A DNA stretch of 64,000 nucleotides from Callorhinchus milii (Eukaryota): positions 22,880,001-22,944,000 of the forward strand of contig NW_024704743.1 in assembly GCF_018977255.1 (NCBI RefSeq), written 5' to 3'. The notes under the pieces were generated by a model. That model had not been told where the DNA came from, ran no database searches, and was given only the letters and a program-made list of their open reading frames with translations. Positions 26,646 to 39,264 of the stretch are shown here, one piece after another (positions within the stretch are counted from its first letter, which is position 1; each line of letters starts with the position of its first letter). Position numbers and translations under genes: made by a program.

Positions 26646-26750
26646 GTTCTGACGAAGGGTCGTGGACCCGAAACATTGACTTACTTTCCTTTCTCCATAG
26701 ATGCTGCCTGACCTGCTGAGTGTTCCAGTGACTTCTGTTTTTATTTTCAG
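26646..26750 (+). mobile_element. Penelope-like terminal-repeat fragment carrying a minimal hammerhead-ribozyme motif
   Basis: GTT-CTGACGA-A-GGGTC-GTG-GACCC-GAAAC-ATT-GAC, followed by ccatagatgctgcctgacctgctgagtgttccag. Confidence 0.65.
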
Positions 26751-27649
26751 TAACTTATTATTCTTGAATCTATTTATTCTTCAAGCAAATTGCTGTATAA
26801 AAAAACTTCAAATGAACACTGAGTACCTAAGTGCTAAAGAATTATTAGTTAATGGCTCATTTTGGTCATAAAGCAAAAAATCATTTCAGGATGTTGAAGG
26901 CAGGAAACGGTTTAAATTTCAGGGGTACTATTTGCCTGCGGCTTGGTTCGGTTGTCTTCAGAAATGCTTGTTCAAATTGTGCCTTGGGTGTGAGAAATTC
27001 CATTTTCAATAGGTAAAATAATTATTTTAAAAAGTTGATTATTTTCCCCAGGTTTGAACGTGCAAGAATTGGTGCTGATTTCTGCCCCAGGCATAGTCAA
27101 CCCATGAACTGATGACTAAACTTGCAATTACGTGAGAACAACATCACTGATGCAATTTGCCTCTACAGCACTGCTCTGAACTTTTATTTTATTGTTTCAG
27201 TCAGTTACAGCGAAAGTTGTTGAAGCAAATGTATTAAATCACTTTTTTTTATTGGTTTCAAGAACATATCAAGCTTTATAGGTTTTGGGAACAGAGACTT
27301 GATATGTAGGGAATAGGGATAGGAATTAGACAGGCCACCCACATGTGCGCTCCCATTAAACACAAGCAGGATCATGAATCAGTCTTTGCCTGTGATACAT
27401 GTGACTCTGAATCAAGGAAATGTTCTTGGTGCATTTCCCACATTCAGTGCTGGATGTTTTCAATCAATTACCAGATATGGGATGACAGAAAATTCACATT
27501 ACTTAGAAAGCTGAAAAGAACACTGTGTACTCAGAGGATAATGTAAGGGTGTATAATTGGCAAATGCAGGGACATTCAAAAGAATTTTAGTTAATTGTAA
27601 GGACGATTAAAGCTTTTAAAGCCATTTACAATCCACTTTTGTACCTGTT

Positions 27650-27886
27650 TCCTTTGCTCAGCCGGCTCTGGCTTTCTGCACATCCCTCGTCCCTCCACTC
27701 CACCATCAGCAGCTGTGCTTTCAATCGCTACACCCCGAGACTCTGGAACTCTCTGCCTCAATCCCTCCGACCTTCCTCTTTGACCGCGCCTAGTCATTGC
27801 CCCTCTCTCCCTGACTCAGCGACAAGCTCCACCACTGTTAAGCACTCTGGAACTCTACCCCATGTTATATAAATGCAAGTTGTTGG
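27650..27886 (+). mobile_element. L2 LINE 3' fragment (second subfamily)
   Basis: STISSCAFNRYTPRLWNSLPQSLR plus a tail ending tgcaagttgttg. Confidence 0.7.
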
Positions 27887-28379
27887 TCTTATTCCCCCAA
27901 AAAACAAGTATTTTTAGGGGCTATTTTTTCTGTCAAAAAACAGTAGAAGATTGGTGGGGGAGGAGGAATTTAAGAGAGAAAGTCATAGGTAAATTTGGAA
28001 GAAATTCAGGATTTTTTGGGATCATCCCTTTAGTGTCTAGGTCCCAAACTTGTCTGGCTGTAATGTGGGTCCCAGCCAATGTGCGGTCAATCATACAGCA
28101 TTGCGGGTAGGTGGTCTTCAGGATAGATGCACACAGTCACGGATCGCAATGAAAACTCAGCGAAATGATTGCTCTATGAAAGAGCCAGCACAGACATGAT
28201 AGGCTTTTTCTGTGCTGTGAATTCTTATGGTTCTATGGGTGGGTAGTTGAGCACATGTGACACAAGCACTCAGTTTGTCTCACTTAGTGTCACTAGTCAA
28301 AAGTTCTCAGGAAACGTACCTTGTGCAGAGTGGTTTTGTTGCGTCAAGTCAAAGAGGTTGTTTTGTACCTAGTTTATAT

Positions 28380-28921
28380 TAAGAATTTACATTTTCTATA
28401 GCACCTTATCATATCATTATCTTAAAACACTTTACAGTAACTAATGTCCAGTGTTCTGACTGAGTTTGTAGGCAAACCATTTTGCACACATCAAGGTCCT
28501 CTAAACTTCTGTGAGGTGAATTTTACCTGGAGGATTGTTTGTCAGTGAGAAACTTCCTTTTCTTTTTAAACACCAATTGTACCTTTAACATCAACCTGAA
28601 GAAAAGGCAGGTGGGATCTACGTTTATCTTTTCATCTGAAGAACAGCCCTTCAAACAATGCAACTTTCTCCCAATACTGCAAGTGAGTGCCTGCATGGAC
28701 TATAATAAAAATAATAATAATTCTTGCATTTGATATAGCATCTAACTATGTCATGAGACATCTCAAAGTGCTTCGGAAGGTTTCACTGGGAACTGTGTAT
28801 TTTGTGGGCAAAAGTGGTAGCCAATTTACGCACAGCAATGTCCCACAAACAGCTCAAGACTCAATGTGAGGTTTGAACCCATGATTTTCTGACTCAGAGA
28901 TGAGAAAGCCAAAGCTGACAT
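28380..28921 (-). mobile_element. Decayed Deu-domain SINE with an inserted SINE tail
   Basis: Deu motifs split by a second tail at about 28705-28855. Confidence 0.55.
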
Positions 28922-29169
28922 GCTCTTACGCTGGCTTGTAGCGATTGAAGAAAAAAGGTTTTAAAAGGAATGTATAGAAACATGCAACATGATCATGTCT
29001 TATACAGGGTGATTTGGATATGTACATGCCATCACCGTGTTTTGGTTTTTGTGACATTGCATGTTTGGGACAAGTAAATGGAAAGTACAGCAAAAGTGGG
29101 ATATGAAAGTAGAAAGGGAAGGGGCGAGGTGAAGGGAGTAAAATGGCTAAAATCTCACCTGCCGATAGA

Positions 29170-29526
29170 TCTTGTTTAAATTCCTCCATGATCTTGTTCT
29201 GCCTTAACTCTGTGATCTCTTGCCACGCTACCACCCTGTCTGCTACCTCCTCTTGACGAGCACCAGCCTACTTCGTGCTCCCCGACCGCCATGCCTCACC
29301 ATCAGTGGGTGAGATTTCCGGCATTCTGTCCTTGCTCTCTGCTCTCCATCCTTGAGTTCCACCTTTAAGACCTTGTTGTTTGGTCACCATCCACCCCAAC
29401 CCCACACTCCCTTCTTCTTCACCTCTCCCGCCTACCCCAGCCCGAACTCCCAGTCGGCTGTGAAGCGCTTTGAGACATCCTTCTGATGCGAAAGGCACTG
29501 TATCAGTTAAAATTGTTGATGTTGCT
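29170..29526 (+). mobile_element. L2 LINE 3' fragment
   Basis: Decayed 3' ORF2/UTR and stem-loop tail. Confidence 0.6.
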
Positions 29527-30423
29527 GTAACTGGGGCTGTTGTTTGGAATACCATACACACTATCCCTTCCTCAGCTGTGAAATCACAACAGTTGCAAAT
29601 TGTTTTTCCCATCATTTCTACAATATTATTTTAATGAGTTAAAAATAATCTGCTAGAAAATAAACAGAATAAATATAAAGTCAGTACCAAAGGGTCTACT
29701 GTACTGCGTTATCTATACACAGTACATTTTTAAGCCACCTCTTTTTTATAGTCACAGGCTTATTAGAAATTACTCCTGACACTGCAGACACACATGGCCA
29801 GTTTAAACCTCACTAAACACAAATATCTAATCTAATATCTTGAGTCACTCAGGCACTGTTAAGATTTGTTGCTCGAGCAGAACCTAACATTGAATTCAAA
29901 GTCTATGGCATCCATTTAGTCTCCACAGTAAGCACGAACGAAAGAGGATTCCACACAGCTCACTTGAATCATTGTGTCTGGTTTGAGGCTATTTTGCAAA
30001 AGTTCCCTTCTGCTTCTCTCCCCCCGAAGAAAAACAGTATCTGAACAATTTACCCTTTAGGTATTGTGACCAGATATTTCTCAGAAAAGGTTCGTCTGTT
30101 TGCTGGTTTCCACTTAGCTCTGAAAGCGACAGTCACAAAAACAGCACTGTGACCACTAGAGACTGAACCGTTGCTATGGTGCTGTTTGTGGATGTTTTTA
30201 AATAGTCTCATATTTGATCGACAGTTTGATGCCTACCATTAACTCACAGACAGAAGAAGTCTTTACGTTCTTGTATGATGTCACAGATTCATGCCGTTTT
30301 ACGGAGATTTTCTTCCCTGTCAATCCACCACCTTTCTTCAAGAACAATGACAAGATACTGTTCCCCACTTCCTATTTCTTATTTGTTACATAGTGCAAAA
30401 TGCTAACAAAATAGCGTAAACGT

Positions 30424-30931
30424 TCAGCTTTCCTCCACCTCTGCAACACTGCCCATCTCCGCCACTACCTTTGCCCTCGAGTTGCTGAGACCCTTATCCA
30501 TACTTTTATCACCTCCAGGCTTGACTGTGCTAACCCTGTGCTTTCCAGACTTCCCAACTCTTCCCTCCACAAGCTGCAGACTATTCAACACAGCAGTTTG
30601 TGTCCTCACCCTCAGAGGACCTACCATCCCCACCCTCGCCCGGCTACACTAGCTCCCCATTCTCCCAGAGGATCGAGTTCAAAATCCTTTTCCTCACTTT
30701 TGAAGCCCTCCATGGTCTTACCCCACCCTATCTCTATGACCTTCTAAAACCTTATCAACTTGCCCACCTCAACACCTTTCTTTTTGACTACGACTTCAAT
30801 CATCTTCCCACACCACTGGCCCCCACCCGTCTTGAATCAACCCCCAGCTCGGGTGCAAACCCTCAATTGTCCAGCGCCTTGGGATGTCCTCTCGACATGA
30901 AAAGCGCTATATGAATGTACATTTGTTGTTG
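30424..30931 (+). mobile_element. L2 LINE 3' fragment
   Basis: LPNSSLHKLQTIQ, QRIEFKILFLTFEALHGLTPPYL, tail atttgttgttg. Confidence 0.85.
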
Positions 30932-30999
30932 TAAAACACGGAAAAATAGACTGCTAAGTGTCCTTTTAATATATTTTTGCCAGCCGGGTGTCTGGCACA

Positions 31000-31570
31000 T
31001 GCAGAAATCCATCGCCATGCTTCAGATTATCCAAACCAAACTGAGAATTCCATATATCTCACCTACACATGGAAATCCCAGAGACAGATTGTTGGTATGG
31101 AATGCGCACTCTCTCCCTGAAGGGATGCACCCCGCTTACCTAATTCCAGAAAGTATGAGGCGCAGGTTGGCAAGAGCCAAGGCTTGGGGACCGCAGAGTG
31201 TGCGGGTATTGCTGGATTCTAACCAGCGCAAACTTCTGTCATTGACATCGCTGTCTGGCGAGCTTTCCTACTGCCTGTCCATCTGGGAACACCCTACCCT
31301 TTAGGGCTTTGGTTTCCAGGGTTACCGGGAGCTGAGTGAGATGACTCCCTGCCCCAAGTGACTAGTCTGCCCTTCCAAATCCTGCCGATGAGCAAGGCTG
31401 GCAGTACTGCGATCAACAGTACCCTGGAATACTACTGACCCTCTTGGCTCAGGAACTGGACTGCAGAGATGGCCTGAGGGTTGGCTCGATTCTGACATTC
31501 CGTGGCCAAGCATGTCACCTTGGACCCAGTTCAGCTCCCAGCAGACCACTCTTTCCCCCCGGCCCCCAGG
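31000..31570. repeat. Unclassified dispersed repeat, copy A (CpG-depleted)
   Basis: About 31200-31545 aligns by eye with 45856-46210; the left boundary is uncertain. Confidence 0.7.
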
Positions 31571-32419
31571 GTATTTTTTATATTTCCAAATTTTATACAT
31601 TTTTTAATTTCCATATTTTATATTGCCAAAAAAACGTATCTGATTTCTTCTCCCCATATGGCCTTACTTTGTACGGATTCTTGAGCTGTTTTGAGGGAAT
31701 AACACGCAGTGTGTGCTCTTTTCTATTCTTTCTTTTCCCGAGCACTGCAAGGACATCGGTCTTACAATGAACCAATTTGTTAATTTACACACGTTAGCAG
31801 TTTCTACCAATCTAAGCAAAACATTTCACCTGCATGGAGTATTAGATCACCATGAATCTATGCTCCAGGTTCAAGAGTTCTGACCAGGAAGACACAACGA
31901 AAGTGAACTCTGGCACAATATCCTTGTACCTTTTATACTCCACATTTGACAGCCTTGACAAATGTAAGATTTTGAAGCATCTTGATTAAAAGCAGGTTTG
32001 GTCTTCTGACAATAAAAATGACTTGTCAGCGAATAAAAGGTTGCTGTGAGTGTAGAGAATATCTCAAGGGCTTTTACAAAGGAGTGGGACTCTGAGCTGG
32101 CATTGAAGGCAAGACATAGATCTTAAAGTTGATCCACTGGGGGATATAGAGCCAGTGGAGCCCGGTGACAATGGGGGTGATGGGCGATTTGGAGCCAATG
32201 CAAATGTTCTAGTTTTGTTGATTGTGGACAATTTTTGCAAGAAAGCACAACATGGAATATCAGACAGGACCTGATAGACAATTGAGGTGTGTGCCTATAC
32301 AGTATTATATTTCTTCTCTCCCCCCACTAGCCGTGGAAAGCAAGCAGGCAACTGATTTCCAGTCCTTCCAATTCTTTAACATGTCACTTTGAGCTGCTTG
32401 TTGGAAGACACACCAAATA

Positions 32420-32720
32420 ATAACCGTTGCATTTGATAATAGTGCCTTATCATACTGTTGAGGTATCTCAAAATGCTTCACAGGATGTACTGTCAAATGG
32501 TTTTGACTGTATTTTGTGGGTGAAACACAGCAGCAAGTCTGTACACAGCAATGTTCCACAAACATCCATGGAATGAATGACCAATGTTTATCTGGGGGAT
32601 TGTTGGCCCTTCTCTTTTCGAATAGTGCCATGGGACTGTTAACAGCCATGTGAACAGGCGGACAGTTATGTCTCATCCAAAGGACGGCACCTGCATCAAC
32701 ACAACATCAGTGTTTTGCCT
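32420..32720 (-). mobile_element. Deu-domain SINE fragment
   Basis: Tail plus gtgccatggga...gtctcatccaaaggacggcacc. Confidence 0.65.
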
Positions 32721-33509
32721 CTGCTTAGTGATTGCTCCGAGCTTGGTTAAAAACAATACAGGGAATCTACAGGCAGAAACACTTACTGTGCTAACAGAGT
32801 AACACATGCCTTGTACCTGAGCAAGAGTTGATTTTATAAATCTGAAGCCTAACTTAGAAAAGGATATAGACCAGCAGTCCACTGTTACAGAAGACACAAA
32901 TTCTTTATAAACATGTGGCTGTTCAATTAGAACGTCTGTTTAGCAGATGAGATTTAATCTACCAGTTACAATTGCCTTGAGTTTGCCAATGTTCAGATTG
33001 AGCAAAGTGTCCATGTGAACATGACGGAAATATTACTTTTCAAAGCAGGCTGAGCAAGACGTAGATGAACCTACTCTTCTCTGCTCCCGTCCATTCTTTC
33101 CAGCCGAGCATAAAATGGGATCCAATTCAAACTTGTTGGTATTCAGACTGAAGGAAATGCGTTCCCAGCAGGGTGTGGCTTGGGAGAGCCAAGATTGCAG
33201 GAAAATATGAGATACAATGGAGAGGATTGGATTTTAAATGTCAATGATGACAAATGGCTATGAACCCCTACCCCCACTTGGAAAGAGTTCACAATTAAAT
33301 TAATTCCAGTTCATTTCCTTTTTGTTTAGCAAAAAATAACCTCGCTCTGACAGATCTTCAGATGGAAGAACAACAAATGTTGTCAGTCCTCCTTAAATTA
33401 GCTTCAAGTGCATAAGTTCTCCAAAAGGCTAAGTGAATGCAAAAAAAATTCACAAACATCTGACTCGTGAAATCACCAGGCCATTCACAACAGGTTTAGG
33501 ACAGTCACC

Positions 33510-33850
33510 AGGCTATTCAGCCTGGCGCAGTTGTAGCACTCTCAATTATAGTTGCGAGGTTTGTGGGTTCAAGCCTCATTTCAGGATTTTGAGGTCAGTC
33601 TGGGCACTCCAATACTCTGGCTGATACACCAGTACAGTGCTAGAGGTGTGCTGCATTGTCAGAGGCACCATCTGCCAGAAAAGACATGATACAGAGGTCC
33701 AGTCTGTCTGTTCTGGTGGACTTTCAAGATCGCATGGCACTATTGAGAAGAGAGTTTCTCCCGGTATCTTGACTGACAATCCCCTAGATTAAATTGGCCA
33801 TTCACTTCATGGCTGTTTGTGAGATATTGCTATGCACAAATTGGCTGTAT
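33510..33850 (+). mobile_element. Deu-domain SINE
   Basis: gggttcaagcc B box, gctgcattgtcagaggcaccatc...aagatcgcatggcactattgaagaagag. Confidence 0.7.
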
Positions 33851-34150
33851 TCCATGCTGCATCACTATGTAACTCTAATCCATTCCCCTTACCGTTAAAT
33901 GTTTCCTCTTCAAACATTTATCTGGTTGCATTTTAAATGCTGTTGTGGTCTTTGTGTCAGTACCTACTTGTAGCTAAGCATTCCACTATTACATTTCTTT
34001 CCATGTTTGTCACAGATGACTAGACCCATTTAAAACCACAGCATGGTCTGTGGAAAATAGTTCTTTAAGGTAACACAATGTCTAGGTTTTCCGATTGCTG
34101 AAACACATTGCTCGTGAAACCCAGTCGAAAGTGGTCTCATTTGAATTGCT

Positions 34151-34156
34151 TTTATT
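34151..34156 (-). terminator. Probable MRPL32 polyadenylation signal AATAAA
   Basis: tttatt on the + strand, about 93 nt after the stop codon. Confidence 0.55.
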
Positions 34157-34248
34157 AGTGATTTTTTCAAAAAAAATTGAGACAATTTACCCAGTTCCCC
34201 AACAATTTTTAAAAGAAGAATCATTAATCAGATTGGGAGTTCGCAGCA

Positions 34249-34500
34249 TCAGTACTGCGTAAACCACAATGGGCGTTTTCTGTTCCGTTCAATTACCCTC
34301 TGGTTCTCAGTGTCTGTCATTTTCTCTCCTTCGTACAATACCACCGTCTCTACAGCGGGTGCGTTGTGTGGTCTCCCTTCCTGTGCTTGAATCTGAGCTC
34401 TTATAAGGCTTGTCTCACGCTGAACTTTTTGATAGCAGAAACTACAGAGAACGTGTTTCAATTTCAAATGCCCGCACTCTTGGCAGACCTCTATATTGTT
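34249..34500 (-). CDS. MRPL32: MRPL32 coding exon 3 of 3 (CxxC-x9-CxxC zinc-binding region, stop TGA)
   Basis: TTTCAG acceptor; [26 protein letters not shown]...ETVVLYEGE...[16 protein letters not shown]; 252 bp. Total CDS 537 nt = 178 aa + stop. Confidence 0.96.
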   Translation of the reverse strand, partial: NNIEVCQECGHLKLKHVLCSFCYQKVQRETSLIRAQIQAQEGRPHNAPAVETVVLYEGEKMTDTENQRVIERNRKRPLWFTQY

Positions 34501-36834
34501 CTGAAATCAGAAGAAATTGCAATGTAAGAAATCAATGTAAAATTACTAGAATTACCTGAATTTTTGTGTTTATTGAAGGCAGGCAGGCACGTCAGCATCA
34601 AGCACTTCAGATTTGGCAGAAGTCAGCTACTGCAGGCTAATCTCCCGAGTCTCCAATTTCAACCCCTCCCACTCACCCATTCCCCATTGCACTATTTTGC
34701 TTTCCCACACAAGCCATCTTTTGTGGTATCAATGAGTGAGATAATTAACCTAATACTAAAATACTTGTGCTGGGGCCACAGAGTTGACTGCAGGACAGAC
34801 ACAGACATCATTAAGTCTAGGCTGAGTATGAAACCCAGGTCCCAGAGGTGACAATGCTTTGTGCGAACCCACTTCACTAACCAGTCGATCCCCTGCAGAT
34901 CTATATATGAAACATAGTAATTAGAAATAAACACGTACAATCAAGTTATTTTCAGATGTTACAATAGTACAAACATCTAACATCTAACAGCCTTTCCTCC
35001 AAATGACAGTAACTGTGATTGTGCAGCCCCTGGAACACATTCCCTCTGAGAGTGAGATTCTATTAAGAGCGTAGATCTCCTGTGGGCTCATTCACTCCTC
35101 AGCGTCCTCCAGATGTGAAAGGCGCTGTACAAATGTACATTTGTGGCTGTTGTCATTTTACTGGAATCTCGGTACACCCGGCTTCCCAGCAATAAATAAA
35201 TGGCTGATGTCCAGGTCGGCTGATAGGTGCTGATGTTATTTCCTGTACACTGGGAAGGAAATGACATCAGCTGTGACCTGACTTTGTTACAACTCGATCT
35301 GACATCATGAATGGAGCCCAATGCATTATATATGGGGTCGCCCTGTTCAACTCGTTGCAATCCAAGTAAGGTTTGAAATGGTAATAAAACCAATGACTAG
35401 TGTCCGTGCAACATGTCAAGGTAAGACCCTGAGGCACCACCTAAATTTTCTAAACTATGAGAAGCTGACCCCAGAGCAGGCACTCAAACAAAGTACAAGA
35501 CAAGCCTGGATAGTTGGGAAACTTGAAAACAATTATTGAAAGTAATTGTTGCTGCATGCTGTATAAACGTTATTAAACAGCTGAGGGGCTGTGTGCTAAT
35601 GTGGAAAATCACAGCATGTAACAAATTACTACATGTTACAAATTATTGTATTGGGAAATATGAGCATGGGGAGATGTCAATTTTATTAAAGTGACCAGTA
35701 TTATAAAATTTCCTCCTAAATGATCACTAGGCTTGGGAGAGAGCGGATTTGGTTTCTATAGAAATTGATAATTGGGAGTTTTTCCGCTTGCTACATTTTC
35801 ATTCAAAACACCAGGTTTTCAAATGATTTGCTGGCAGTACTCAACTCGCATTTCAGGAGACATATGAATGGAGATCACTTGGTGGTATTTTGAGGTTCCA
35901 CTGAGTCTAATATGGATTTACAAATGTTTTTTTATAACTGAAAGCCGTTTTTTTAAAAAACAAGTTTACATTCTGTTACACTGTTTTCTTGTTGTGTTTC
36001 TTGTGTGTTGTCCGGTTTTGTTTAATCACCAAGCAATCTAGAATAGAATTTGGCCTCATTGGATTCAGTGTAACCTATGAAATTACAACACCAGGTTGCA
36101 ATGCTGAATTTCTATAACAGCTTTGCGTTCGTTTTCTTCCACAGTGCTTTGATGTTATTTGGTACAAAAGTTAATAATAATTCCTCATTGGTTATAGCAC
36201 CTTATGCCATCTTTGAGACATCTCAAAGTGCTCACAATATTTACTGTAGAGACTGTGTATTTTATAGGCACACCTGACAGTTTACTTACGCACAGTGATG
36301 AAGTGAATGACTTGCTAAGTCGTAAAACATGATGTGGAACATTAACCAGAATTCAGGGCACAGCGGAGCATAAAAATTGTTTCAGATGTAGCTTAAATTC
36401 AGGAGGCAGACCAAGACCTCCAAAATATATAAAATTAGGATTCTAGAAACTCTATTCAAATCATGATTCAGCACAGCTAAGATATTTTACGGTTCAGGTA
36501 AATAACATTATCCTTCTCCATGGCTTATGCTATAACAAATGTAAGGATTATTATTATGTATTTTGAATGAAGAGCACTTTGTAGAGGTGGTAAAAGAGAG
36601 GAAGGGCAGACATGGTTTCAAACCTTCATTCCATCTGAGTCTAAACATTTTCTAATAATAATCCTTGCAATGATATAGAGCCTGATCACGTCTTCGAGAC
36701 GTCTCAAAGCACTTCACAGAATATACTCAGCCACAGCCATTTTGAGGCAAGTTAAGAGACAACCCTTGACCTCCAAAGTAAAATATTGCTGCTTAAATGC
36801 AGTGTTGCTCCAGTGGCTTATTCTGTGCAAGTAC

Positions 36835-37016
36835 CTTGACTTTCTCCAGTTTGTTCGGGTTTCTCCTCCTGCATCGGTTGACTTCAATAGTACGGCGCTT
36901 TTTAGGTGCTGCCATCCAGAAGATGCTGTCCAGAAAGCTGGGGCTGTTAGTCTCACCATCATCGTGAGACTCATTGTGAGGCAGAGCGACTGGAGCATGT
37001 ACTGCCAATGCAGGAG
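36835..37016 (-). CDS. MRPL32: MRPL32 coding exon 2 of 3
   Basis: Pyrimidine tract + TCAG acceptor; (A)PALAVHAP...[35 protein letters not shown] matches the conserved bL32m motif; donor AAG|GTAC; 182 bp. Confidence 0.96.
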
Positions 37017-37762
37017 CTGAGAGGAACAGAAGGAAGCAAACCTTGTCAGCACATTTGACGTTTAATCACTGTCGACATGTTTGAAACCACAAGGTAGCCA
37101 TACCTTTACACCCGAGGCTTTGCGCTCAATTATACTACATCAGCTCACTTTGCAGTATATTCTGCAAAGCGCTTTTGAGAGATCTCAACGGTGTAGGAAA
37201 TGTGCTTCAGAGATTCAACCGGTCATGGAAAATTGAGCCAATTAACACTACAGACTTTGTACTGTGTTTAGAAGCCGGGCAATGCACAATTCCCCTAGAT
37301 CCATGGGGCCCACAGTTATAATAATAATAATAATAATAACAGTTAGCTTAAACTGACAGGATTGTAGCTATTGGCTTCCTGTATACAGGGAGAATCACAA
37401 CAGAGATCATCATTTGCATACGAGTTTCCCAGGTACCTAAGAAATACCTGTAAATACTAACAGTGAGTGAGAGAGAAAAATTTATGAGAATACGATGGTG
37501 GGCAAGCAAAATGTGACCTTTGGACAAATGTACCAGACATTTGCACCAGCACTGGGCTCCCAGTTTAATTTGATCAACATCGAAAAGATTTGGTACGTCA
37601 CCACCAGGAAAGGCCCGAGTGATGTGTTTATGTGTAACACGGATCTGACTGTGTATTCTGCAGAAAGCAAGTCAACAACTGCTGAGTCAGGATTTCATCA
37701 TTGGTTCGCTCTGCATCATTTCATTCTAGGTGTTCGCGTGTAAAATGCACAGCCACTACATT

Positions 37763-38084
37763 TAATAATAAATAATAATCCTTGCGTTTGATATAGCGCT
37801 TTTCACGTCGGGAGGACGTCCCAAAGCGCTTCACAAAACACACTGTAAAGTGAATTGACTGTATATTTGTGGGCGAACGCGGCAGCCAATTGCGCACAGC
37901 AATGTCCCACAAACAGTCGTAGATTGAAAATGACCAATTTATTATTGTTTTTGTTTTGGAGGGATTATTATTAGGCTCTGTGTGGAGTAAGGAAACTTGC
38001 CCAAGGTTTCGCCCTCTGCCTGGAATTGAACTCAGGTCTCTCACTTGCAAAGCGAGTGCTCTAACCACTGAGCTACAGGACTCC
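37763..38084 (-). mobile_element. Young tRNA-Ala SINE, short subfamily
   Basis: Nearly identical to 42530-42842; internal deletion; L2-identical loop. Confidence 0.9.
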
Positions 38085-39264
38085 ACGACTCCACATTTGA
38101 CAGTAAATCTTGTGAAATCCTTTGAGATGACCTCCCAATATGGAGGTGCTGTCTCAAATGTAAGGATTATTATTATTATTATATCATTATTCTGTCGCAA
38201 AGCACAAGTTAAGAAAGTTCCGGGATTCCAGGTTCACTGATGTTCTGACCACGTGCCTGACAGCCATCCACTTTTGGAAGAGCCTCAACTTTCTTAAAAC
38301 TAAACAGACAAGATGGAAGCCACCCTCCTCGGTTTTCCCATCAACACTTCCAAACTTCTGGCTGCAATTTCCTCGATCCCTGCCTCTCTCTCCAGTCAGT
38401 GCCTTACCTTGGCATTCAGTTCACCTCTCGGTTTCCTTTTGTTACTCACATCTGGTTCTGTGTGTCTATGATCACATCCCTCCTACGCTCTCTCTTCTCC
38501 CCCTCCCCACTGACAAGGTATCTGTTACCTTCTCTGTTAAGAAGTGCTGCGGGATATTGCTCTACGTGAAGGGGGTTATATAACTGAAAGTTGTTATCAA
38601 AACTGAGATAATATCAAGAAATCGTTCAAGAAATACTGCAATTTTAAAAAAAAACTGCAACTTTCATTGCACGTGGGAAAAGAATTTCACAGAAAGATCA
38701 TTTTAAATTAAAAAAAAATATATCAGTGTTTAGCAAAACAAAGGCATCAATGTGCATTCAGGGGAACCTGAAATTCTCTGAAGTGAAGGGCGGCTGTTGT
38801 TGAAAAGACATTTTCTTGGGGAGTTTTCGGACTCCACGATATTTCACAGAAAAGGGCTCAAGTGGACTTTATTTCAACAAATACAGACAGCAGAAAACAG
38901 TTTGTAGAAAGGAAGTGAACCCGGTATAATAAACTGCCTTCATTAGAGCTGCTTTCCAGTCAACGACACTATAACCACAACACCTGGCTCCTGTGCACTG
39001 TGCAGATAGGAGGTCTGCTACACAAGCACTCCTGGGATTTGCTGCATGTCCTCCGCTAATAGGAACGGGCACAGCCACCCCTGGTGGCGTCTCAAAGTAT
39101 TTTTCATCTCTTGTGAATTTGACGAGATTTGTCCTGCTCTTAAATAATCTTATTTGTTGAGAACAGTGAGGGGCTTCCCACAACATCATCAAATCCCTGT
39201 CACCTCCTTCTCCTCCCCAATTCATTTATCTTTTAACAGTTCCACTTGTTTTACATTTAAAAGA

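Noticed and set aside
30134..30190. Weak hairpin (cacaaaaacagcac / gtgctgtttgtg) as a miRNA
   Set aside because: Short, bulged stem within chance expectation; no known mature sequence recognised.
1..34000. HECW1 exons, expected beyond MRPL32 from human synteny
   Set aside because: No ORF or exon-like segment that I translated resembled HECW1; not called without a TBLASTN.
35200..35312. Intronic C/D-box snoRNA in MRPL32
   Set aside because: Imperfect C box and too short a C-to-D spacing on the sense strand.
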